From NCBI GenBank assembly GCA_038227875.1, contig JBBRPR010000021.1, positions 70,999-134,998 on the forward strand: a stretch of DNA of 64,000 nucleotides, read 5' to 3'. A program made the position numbers and the translations under genes. Positions 40,117 to 47,945 of the stretch are shown here, piece after piece; the first letter of the stretch is position 1, and the number at the start of each line of letters is the position of its first letter. The notes beneath the pieces were generated by a model, which saw nothing but the letters and a program-made list of their open reading frames with translations, ran no database searches and was not told the origin of the DNA. The DNA is from Planctomycetota bacterium (lineage in GTDB: Bacteria; Planctomycetota; SZUA-567; H5-PLA8).

Positions 40117-42114
40117 ATGAATTTTCGGAAGCTACTGATCGTCGCCGTCTTGCTCGGCATCCCGGTATTTCTCTACGGCGTTCACTTCTATATCGGGCAT
40201 CCCGACCGCTACGCCGCCGCCAAGCGCCGCCACCAGCTCACCCTGGTTGAAGCGCAAATTTTGCGCTACGAAAGTGAACACGACCAGCTTCCCGCATCGC
40301 TCAACGATCTCGTCACCAATAGCTACCTCCGCGACGACGAAATCAACGGACCCAGCGGCCCCGTCTATCTCTTCGACGCCGATAAACGCACGCTCACCGA
40401 AGCCGAAGGCAGTCACATCAGCGGCCTCATTCCTTACCGCATGAAGCCCTACAGCATGGTCATCCCCGGCACCAACGCGCCCAAACCCGCTGCGGTTCCT
40501 GTACCCTCGCCGTCACCCGTCGTCGTCGCGCACGACACGCCCCAGCCACCGACTCCACCGCAAACTCCCGACGTTACGCCGCCCACCCCGCCGAGCGTAC
40601 CTTTAAAGGTGGCGGACGCGCCGAAGCCGGAAGTCATTCCCAGCGTGCCCGTGTCGGCCCCCGTCCCCGCGCCTGGCCCTGGCCCTGGCCCGGAACCCAA
40701 AGTCGCCACGCGCGCCACACCGCTCACGCTCCAGGCCCCCGCCCTCGCCGATCCGCCACCGGGAGCTTTCGTCTTCGAAGCCGAAAACTTCACCGACACC
40801 AACTACGGCTGGGAAGCCCACGTCGATCCAAAAGCCGGCGGCGGCGCGTACCTGCACACCAAGGAAGGCATCGCCAACGGCCCCGCGCAGTTGCGCTACG
40901 ACGTCGGGAATTTCTACGACATCAAAGCCAAAACCGATCTCACCTTTCTCCGCTACCATTTTTACCTCCCGCGCGAAGGCACCTACTACAGCTACGGCCG
41001 CATGTGGACCACCGACACCCACTGCTCCAATCACCTCTGCCTCGATTTCGACAACGATTCGCGCGACGGTTCCATCGACAACCGCACGCCCTTCCGCTGG
41101 CTGTGGACGCAGATCAAGGACAGCCCGCGACACTTCACGCAGGGCGATCACTACATCAATATTTTCATCCACGAAGACGGCATCCGTCTCGACCAGTTCA
41201 TCCTGACGCCCACGCCGATTCAGCCCGAACAGGAACCGTTCAAAGCGAATTTGATCCCCGGCCACAACACCCAGTGGGAAGCCAAAGGCACCGCGCCGGC
41301 GCAACTTTCGATCGATCTGGCCAACGCCGTCCTCTCGCCCGACATCCCCTTCAACGCCAAGCTCGTGCTGCGCCGCCTGAGAAACTCCACCGGTGAAGCC
41401 GCGCTCAACGTCGTCCTCAAGAACGCGGGACCTGCTGGCGAAGATTTTCCCATGCTCAATTCCACCGTCGATCTCGGCGCGCTCAACGAACTCAATTTCT
41501 TCCCGCTGAAACTCGACGGCCTCGATCTGGCGAAACTCCCGCGCCGCGAATACGTCCTCCAGGCGGACCTGACCCGCGATGGCAAGCCGCTGGCCACGTT
41601 CAACGTCGTCCTCGCCCGGCCCTACCTGTGGGAACTCTTCGGCCCCGGCAAATACCTGGTACAGGGCATCCAGGGTCCGCTCGACGGCGAAGGCACGCCA
41701 AAGCCCGGCGATACGCGCGTGTGGACTCCGTTCAAGGACACCAGTTACGATTGGTTCGGCGTGCTCGATTTCGGCGTCCAGTACGGCAACAACAGCAAAC
41801 ACGCTCCGCAGAACACCACCGTCTACGCGCGCACGCGCGTCACCGTGCCCAAGGACGGCACGTACAAATTCAAAGTGATGGCCGACGATCAGATGATGTT
41901 GTGGCTCGACGGCGAGGAAATTTACCGCATCGACGACGTGCTCCCCGTCACGCGCTCCGCCCGCTCCTTCATGCACGAGCTGAAAGCCGGCGAACACCGC
42001 ATCCGCATGCGCATCAACCAGACCGAAGGCCCCTGGCAAGCCTACCTCCGCATCCGCACCGCCGAAGACGACACCAGCGACGTCCTCGGCCTGGAAGCGG
42101 AATCGAAGCCGTAA
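40117..42114 (+). CDS. Membrane-anchored protein with pilin-like segment, Pro-rich linker and carbohydrate-binding/PA14-like domains
   Basis: TM helix; LPASLNDLV; FEAENF...EDGIRLDQFILT; YKF...ADDQMMLWLDG...LKAGEH. Confidence 0.78.
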   Translation: MNFRKLLIVAVLLGIPVFLYGVHFYIGHPDRYAAAKRRHQLTLVEAQILRYESEHDQLPASLNDLVTNSYLRDDEINGPSGPVYLFDADKRTLTEAEGSHISGLIPYRMKPYSMVIPGTNAPKPAAVPVPSPSPVVVAHDTPQPPTPPQTPDVTPPTPPSVPLKVADAPKPEVIPSVPVSAPVPAPGPGPGPEPKVATRATPLTLQAPALADPPPGAFVFEAENFTDTNYGWEAHVDPKAGGGAYLHTKEGIANGPAQLRYDVGNFYDIKAKTDLTFLRYHFYLPREGTYYSYGRMWTTDTHCSNHLCLDFDNDSRDGSIDNRTPFRWLWTQIKDSPRHFTQGDHYINIFIHEDGIRLDQFILTPTPIQPEQEPFKANLIPGHNTQWEAKGTAPAQLSIDLANAVLSPDIPFNAKLVLRRLRNSTGEAALNVVLKNAGPAGEDFPMLNSTVDLGALNELNFFPLKLDGLDLAKLPRREYVLQADLTRDGKPLATFNVVLARPYLWELFGPGKYLVQGIQGPLDGEGTPKPGDTRVWTPFKDTSYDWFGVLDFGVQYGNNSKHAPQNTTVYARTRVTVPKDGTYKFKVMADDQMMLWLDGEEIYRIDDVLPVTRSARSFMHELKAGEHRIRMRINQTEGPWQAYLRIRTAEDDTSDVLGLEAESKP

Positions 42115-42191
42115 ATTCACCCATAACCCGCCCGTAAAAACGATACACAGGGCACGGCCTATCATCGCCGGCCAGATGCGGGAGGCGCACG

Positions 42192-43196
42192 ATGCAAACG
42201 TTGCGAATGCTGGGCAAGAGCGCAGTGGAGTGGACCGACGACCGCGATCCAGAACCCGGGCCCGGCGAAGTCCTGATCGAAACCGCCGTCACGCTATTGT
42301 GCGGCAGCGAACTTCACGCTTATCGTCAGGCCGGCATGCCCCGCGGCAACCTCGGTCACGAAGCTGCCGGCACGGTGAAGCAGTTGGGCGCCGGTGTCAC
42401 CACGCTCAAGCTCGGACAACGCGTCGGCGCCAGCGCGATCAGCGGCTGCGGCACCTGTCCGGCTTGCCAGAAGCAGCAGTTTACGTGGTGTGTGAAAAGT
42501 CGGTTCTACGGCAACATGCACGCGGAACGCTTCGTCGCCGCCGCCGCCGCATGCAATCCGCTGCCCGATGATCTCGCCTGGGACCTCGGCGTGCTTCTCT
42601 CCGGCGACGGACTGGGCGTTCCATACCACACGTCCCGCAAAATTACGTCTCCCGACATCCGCACCGTCGCCGTTTTCGGAGCCGGACCCATTGGCCTGGG
42701 CAACGTCCTGCTGCAAGCGCATCTGGGCCGCCGCGTGATCGTCGTCGACATCTCCGACTACCGCTTGGATCTCGCCAGAAAACTCGGCGCATCCGACACC
42801 GTCAATCCCAAGCACGACGACGCCGTCAAAGCCATTCGTACGCTCACCGCCGATGCCGGACCCGACGTCTGCATCGAAGCTGCCGGCCGTTCCGAAACCG
42901 CGCTCCAGTGCTTTGCCGCCGTCCGCACCGGAGGCACCGTCGCGTTCAACGGCGAACAGGCCGCGCTGCCGCTTTCCCCCAGCGACCACTTTATCCGCCG
43001 CGACATCACCGCCTTTGGGTCGTGGTACTACCATTTCTCCGAATGCCCGGAGATGCTGGCGCTCCACCGCAACGGTCTGCCCACCGCGAAACTGCTCACG
43101 CACCACTACCCTCACACACAAGCCCCCGCCGCCTTCGAGAATTTCTCCGCCGGCCTGACCGGCAAAGTCGTGCTGCACTATGCCGGAGAAAAGTAG
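42192..43196 (+). CDS. Zn-dependent alcohol dehydrogenase (MDR family)
   Basis: CGSELH, GHE, CGTCPAC...C, GAGPIG. Confidence 0.93.
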   Translation: MQTLRMLGKSAVEWTDDRDPEPGPGEVLIETAVTLLCGSELHAYRQAGMPRGNLGHEAAGTVKQLGAGVTTLKLGQRVGASAISGCGTCPACQKQQFTWCVKSRFYGNMHAERFVAAAAACNPLPDDLAWDLGVLLSGDGLGVPYHTSRKITSPDIRTVAVFGAGPIGLGNVLLQAHLGRRVIVVDISDYRLDLARKLGASDTVNPKHDDAVKAIRTLTADAGPDVCIEAAGRSETALQCFAAVRTGGTVAFNGEQAALPLSPSDHFIRRDITAFGSWYYHFSECPEMLALHRNGLPTAKLLTHHYPHTQAPAAFENFSAGLTGKVVLHYAGEK

Positions 43197-43214
43197 TCCT
43201 TAAGATCACGCGTC

Positions 43215-43712
43215 ATGCGCCTCACCCTCCGCCCCGCCACCCCCGCCGACGCCCCCATCGTCGCCGCGCTCCGCAACGCCGCCGCCGAAACCCTCACGAA
43301 GCAATTCGGCCACGGCCCCTGGTCCTCGCTCGCCACGGAGAAGACCGTCCTCTTCCAGATGAAGTACGGCACCGTCTACCTCGCGCTGAAAGGCAAATCG
43401 CCGCTCGCCACCGTGACGCTTACAAAGAAGAAACCGTGGGCCCACGACCGCAGCTACTTCACGCCGTGCGAAAACCCGCGCTACCTTATTGCCATGGCCG
43501 TCAGCCCCGCCCACCAGCGCCAGGGCGTCGGCCGCGCGAGCCTCGAAGCGATAAAGAAACTCGCCGCCAAACTCCCCTGCGACGCCATCTGCCTCGACGC
43601 CTACGATCACGCCGCCGGAGCCGCCCCGTTCTACGCCAAATGCGGCTTCAAAGAAGTCGGCCGCGTCAGCTACCGCGGCACCCCGCTGATCTACCTGGAA
43701 TGGCTGGCGTAG
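43215..43712 (+). CDS. GNAT family N-acetyltransferase
   Basis: AVSPAHQRQGVG, FYAKCGF. Confidence 0.9.
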   Translation: MRLTLRPATPADAPIVAALRNAAAETLTKQFGHGPWSSLATEKTVLFQMKYGTVYLALKGKSPLATVTLTKKKPWAHDRSYFTPCENPRYLIAMAVSPAHQRQGVGRASLEAIKKLAAKLPCDAICLDAYDHAAGAAPFYAKCGFKEVGRVSYRGTPLIYLEWLA

Positions 43713-43796
43713 TGGCTCACACATTTTGTAACTTTTCATATCCTTGAGCGTCGAGACTTACCTATACTGTGTACCTCACTTTTTCTGAGGCGATCC

Positions 43797-44384
43797 ATGC
43801 CCCTTATATGCGTCATCCGCCATGCCATCCTCGTCTCCGCTGCGACGGCTGCAGCCGTTCTTCTGGCGTGCGCTTGCTCGGCCGAGGAAACTCCGCCCAG
43901 CATCGATTACCCGTCCTCCCGCACGTCCACCAAGAACATCAATGTCGGAAGAATTTTCGTCGGCGTCGATCAGGGCATCGAATTCAACGGCGTCAAGGTC
44001 TACCTCTCCCTCACCTCTGATCTGCTCGGTGTCGATACGGCCAGCGACAAGACGCTCTGGCACCACGAAGTCGGCGCCTTCTGGAGCGGCATGGCGATCA
44101 AGCAGATCGAAGTTCACGGCGAAAAAGTCTGGGCCGTCGAACTCCACGGCAGTCCCGACACCGACCAATTTGACAAGCACTACGACTACTACGAATTGAA
44201 ATCCGGAAAGAAGATCGATCTCCCGGCGCCCAAACCGTCCGGCGTCTCGCTCCTGCCCATCCGCATCATTTCCTGCGGCGGCGCGTTCGCCAAGCCCTTC
44301 CATGCGCTGATCACGACGCAGGCCAATTTCGACACGTTCCTCAAACGCGCTTACGGCCCGTCCCGGAGGGACATCGGAGCTTAG
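43797..44384 (+). CDS. Secreted hypothetical protein, possibly truncated at the C-terminus
   Basis: Signal peptide; final codons are read from REP-like hairpins that start at 44360. Confidence 0.7.
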   Translation: MPLICVIRHAILVSAATAAAVLLACACSAEETPPSIDYPSSRTSTKNINVGRIFVGVDQGIEFNGVKVYLSLTSDLLGVDTASDKTLWHHEVGAFWSGMAIKQIEVHGEKVWAVELHGSPDTDQFDKHYDYYELKSGKKIDLPAPKPSGVSLLPIRIISCGGAFAKPFHALITTQANFDTFLKRAYGPSRRDIGA

Positions 44385-44455
44385 CCGGGGGCCGGCCTGA
44401 AAGGCCGAGCCCCCGGAGTTCGATCCCGAGAGCATTCAGCGCCCTGAAGGGGCGC
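44360..44455. repeat. Cluster of REP-like short palindromes
   Basis: GTCCCGGAGGGAC; CCGGGGGC...GCCCCCGG with inner CGGCCT/AGGCCG; GCGCCCTGAAGGGGCGC. Confidence 0.7.
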
Positions 44456-44476
44456 CGGAAAATGCGTCGTCAGTTC

Positions 44477-44586
44477 CGCCGTTGTCGTTCAAGCCGTTGC
44501 TTGCCACCCACCTTCAGGTGGTGGTCCAGCTCACCCTGAAGTTCCCTCCAGCCGGCTTCAGCCGGCTTTCCGGCCGTTGCTTCAGG
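44477..44586. repeat. 110-bp REP-like direct repeat, copy 1
   Basis: 108/110 identical to 45945-46054; contains CCACCCACCTTCAGGTGGTGG and AGCCGGCTTCAGCCGGCT hairpins. Confidence 0.92.
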
Positions 44587-45762
44587 CTACTCCTCCGTCC
44601 AATAACGAATCGGCGCATTCCCCCCCGGTTCGCCCATGGAGTACACATCCACGGTCCCATCGGCCAGCCGTTTGTACTCCAGCGGCTGGCCCCAAACATC
44701 TACGATTGCAACAGTACCATCGGGTTGCTTTGCAACGTCATCCGCCTTTTTTAAACTCGCAAGCAGATCCTTCATCTCCGGATGATCCAAAAGAGAGTAG
44801 AGCGCCGCCGAGCTCTTCGCGCCGTTGGGTGCGACGTCTGGCGGATACTCACGATAAATCAAACGATATTCTTCAAGAGACGACTGAATGCACCGCAACT
44901 CGACGAACGTCGCATGCCGCTTCGCCCGAGCCGACAACCGGCCCTGAATTAGCGCCACGCCGCTCCCCAGCATCGCCACCAGAAGCACAGTCACCACTAC
45001 CACCGTCGTCTTCGATATTCCCATCGCACCCACCGTCCCTTTCGCCAGCGCCAGCACATGGCCCGAGGCCATGCCAGCGCTGAGTTTTCCCGCCGCGGCG
45101 GCCAGCACCGCACTCTTGGCGGTCGCGGCAATCAAGCCCTGCGGCAAGGCCGGCTCCGCGACATGCAACAGCAGCGCCGAAACGGCGCCGCTTGAAACTG
45201 TTACGCCGCGGCGCATCAGACGCTCGCGCAGTTGCTCCCGCGCGCGGTCCAGCCGCGCTGAAATCGTGCCGGGATTTTCCTTCAGCAGCCGGGCCGTCTC
45301 GTCTTTCGTATGCCCTTCCAAATGATGGAGCACCAGCGGCAGCCGGAATTTTTCCGGCAGCTTGTCCAACTCTTCATCCAACAGCGGCTGCAGATCCCGC
45401 CACTCGTCCTCTGCCTCCGGCGTCGACGCGCGCACGGCCATGTTCCCGGCCTCCCGCTCTAATCGTGTTTTCACCGCCTGAGCCGACCGCGCGCGCCGCG
45501 CCACGTTCCAGGCCGTGCGGTGCAGCCAACCCCCGAGATTCGTGCGTCCCTTCAGCGCTCCGGCCTTTAGCGCGAGCGTCAGAAACACCGCCTGTGTCGC
45601 ATCCTCAGCGTCCTGACGCTGGACCAGCGTGCGCCGACAAACGCTGTACACCAGCGGCCCATGACGACGTACGAGTTCCTCGAACGCCGCTTCGGACCGC
45701 CGGGCAGAAAACTCCGCGAGCAGGTCGTCGTCCGACAACTGCTGCACCACCGCATCCGGCAT
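44587..45762 (-). CDS. ECF sigma factor with TM extension and GspG/pseudopilin-like C-terminal domain
   Basis: AFEELVRRHG, DAEDATQAVF, GWLH, LPEKFRLPLVLHHLEG; C-terminal LEEY...YPP...DVWGQPLEY...YSMG. Confidence 0.9.
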   Translation of the reverse strand: MPDAVVQQLSDDDLLAEFSARRSEAAFEELVRRHGPLVYSVCRRTLVQRQDAEDATQAVFLTLALKAGALKGRTNLGGWLHRTAWNVARRARSAQAVKTRLEREAGNMAVRASTPEAEDEWRDLQPLLDEELDKLPEKFRLPLVLHHLEGHTKDETARLLKENPGTISARLDRAREQLRERLMRRGVTVSSGAVSALLLHVAEPALPQGLIAATAKSAVLAAAAGKLSAGMASGHVLALAKGTVGAMGISKTTVVVVTVLLVAMLGSGVALIQGRLSARAKRHATFVELRCIQSSLEEYRLIYREYPPDVAPNGAKSSAALYSLLDHPEMKDLLASLKKADDVAKQPDGTVAIVDVWGQPLEYKRLADGTVDVYSMGEPGGNAPIRYWTEE

Positions 45763-45908
45763 GTCATCTTCCCCGCTTCCGTCTCTCCACCATTATCTCC
45801 GTCCAGCCGGCCTCAGTGGTTCAAAGAAATTCAACTTTTTCGAATTTCGATACGCACCCTTATTAGAATCTAGGCCCCTCGGAATCGATCAAATTTCTCT
45901 TACTGACC

Positions 45909-45943
45909 GTTGCAGTTGCAGTTGCAGTTGCAGTTGCAGTTGC
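45909..45943. repeat. Hexamer microsatellite (GTTGCA)5 plus GTTGC
   Basis: Read directly; abuts direct-repeat copy 2. Confidence 0.95.
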
Positions 45944-45944
45944 T

Positions 45945-46054
45945 CGCCGTTGCCGTTCAAGCCGTTGCTTGCCACCCACCTTCAGGTGGTGGTCCAGCTC
46001 ACCTTGAAGTTCCCTCCAGCCGGCTTCAGCCGGCTTTCCGGCCGTTGCTTCAGG
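45945..46054. repeat. 110-bp REP-like direct repeat, copy 2
   Basis: Two mismatches relative to 44477-44586. Confidence 0.92.
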
Positions 46055-46140
46055 ACTCCGCCACTGCCGAACAACTCTCGGTAGCACCAAAATTTAACTT
46101 CGTGCCACCGCGTAGCACGAAAAGACATCCCGGTAGCAAC

Positions 46141-46300
46141 TGCTCATTCACGCTCAAACGCGCTCATTCCTGCTCATTCCTGCTCATTCCTGCTCATTCC
46201 TGCTCATTCCTGCTCATTCCTGCTCAAACACGCTCATTTCAGCTCATTTGCTATCATTCGCGATCATTTGCTATCAAACCCGCTCATTTTAGCTCATTCG
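46141..46300. repeat. 16 x 10-bp phased tandem array, consensus (T/C)GCTCATTCC
   Basis: Sixteen in-register decamers with invariant TCA at positions 4-6; five are perfect TGCTCATTCC. Confidence 0.95.
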
Positions 46301-46604
46301 CCAGATTTCCCTTGATTTTCGGGTTCAAGCGTTGCTTTATATATATAGAGAGACACTTTTCACCACGACGCTAACAGCTGGACCCTTTATCCCAGATCTG
46401 CCCAAAACCGCGCCCCAAACGCCCTGGAAACACGCAAAACCTCAGAATCCAACAGAGTACCCGTTTTAAGGTCTATCTCGCCACAGCCCCGCCAAACGCA
46501 AATTTCAAGGCACCGCCGACCGACCACTTTTAGCCGGACTGAAATCGAACTCGCCAACGGACACCAACCAAGGACGCCGCCATGCACACGCCGAACGCCC
46601 CTAA

Positions 46605-46687
46605 CAGCCCGTTGAAAAAACCTCATTCCGCCAAGCCTGGCAGAAGAGGCGTTTCGCGGCGCAGTACTAGAGATTATCAACGGGCTG
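46605..46687. mobile_element. 83-bp MITE-like element
   Basis: Terminal inverted repeats CAGCCCGTTGA / TCAACGGGCTG; no ORF inside; flanks CTAA / CCAA. Confidence 0.65.
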
Positions 46688-46817
46688 CCAACTGACCACC
46701 GACCACTTTTCGCCGGACGCGCGTCGACGCACGAATGCGACACCGCCCCACCGTGCACCAATAAAAGGAGACACCGCCGATGTAACATTTGGTAACATTT
46801 TGGAACATTGCACGCCG

Positions 46818-47465
46818 CTACTTCTTCGGTTTCGTCTTCGCAGCCGGCACAGCCTTCGGAAAATCGGCGATCCGCCACAAATACCAAGCGGCCGCCGTGC
46901 GATAAGGTTTCCAGCGCTCGCCGTGAGCCAGCAACTCCTTGACGCTGGGCAGCTCCTTCAAGCCGTACGCCGCGCGAAACCCGTTGCGCACACCGAAATC
47001 CGCAGCGGGAAGGACATCGGGCCGGCCGAGCTTGAAGATCAGCAGCATCTCCACCGTCCAGCGCCCCACCCCGCGCACCGACGTCAGCCGCTCGATGATC
47101 TCCTCGTCGGTCATGTTCACGATGCGCCGCGAGGTCGGAACAATGCCCTCGATCGTCTTCGCGCCAATGTCCCGAATCGCGAGGATTTTCGCCCGCGAAA
47201 ACCCCGCCGCCCGAATCTGCTCGTCGGTCACTCTCGCCAGGTCTTCGGGATCGGGAAAGGACTTGCCGGGAAAGAGCGCGACGAAGCGCCGTAAAATCGT
47301 CCCCGCCGCGGTGCCATTGAGCTGCTGATGAGCCACCGCGCGGACCAGAGCTCGGAAAGGAGGTGTCGCCGGTTCGTGCTCAAACCGAAACGCCCCGATC
47401 TTGCGGACAATCTCCGCCATGACCGGATCGACCTTGGAAAGGTGTTTAGGGGCGAGTCGCTTCAC
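46818..47465 (-). CDS. DNA-3-methyladenine glycosylase II (AlkA/HhH-GPD)
   Basis: HQQL, GVGRWTVEM, DVLPAADFGVR, WKPYRT. Confidence 0.92.
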   Translation of the reverse strand: MKRLAPKHLSKVDPVMAEIVRKIGAFRFEHEPATPPFRALVRAVAHQQLNGTAAGTILRRFVALFPGKSFPDPEDLARVTDEQIRAAGFSRAKILAIRDIGAKTIEGIVPTSRRIVNMTDEEIIERLTSVRGVGRWTVEMLLIFKLGRPDVLPAADFGVRNGFRAAYGLKELPSVKELLAHGERWKPYRTAAAWYLWRIADFPKAVPAAKTKPKK

Positions 47466-47945
47466 CAGAAATCCCCATGCATCAAGAAAAGAGTCTACTT
47501 TCAACACAGGTAGACCGGTGGCAGGAGGTTTATAGGGTGCGCGTATAGCTTTGCAACGGAATACGCCCATTGTTCAGCCGAATTGGACCCTCAGGAAATG
47601 TATGAACTTGTGCTCCTTGTACTTGCCAGAACCGCGGAAAAACTTTATCCTAGCTACTTCGCACTATATAAGGTGAGGTGTCGTGGGCGTCATGGGGGGA
47701 TAAAACTCCAGTGGGCGCACATGTAAAAAAGAATCGGATTTTCGGGAGCCCTTTGCCCGGAAATGGTCACTGATGAACAGGGGTTAACGTCGTCTGAATG
47801 TTGATGCAGAATAGCTAAGACAAAGCTGTTACAAGGTTTTTTAAGAAAAGTTCGATTGCACCAAGTTGATTTTAGGATTGTTGCAGTAACTTCGACCTTA
47901 GATCGACGCACGGTGGGGTTAAATTCAGTTCAGGAGGTTTAGAGC

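Noticed and set aside
46141..46300. CRISPR array
   Set aside because: Units are 10 bp and contiguous, with no unique spacers and no cas genes.
45910..46374. 154-aa ORF (MQLQLQ...AHSCSFLLIP)
   Set aside because: It is a translation of microsatellite, REP and decamer repeats, with no SD and no protein-like composition.
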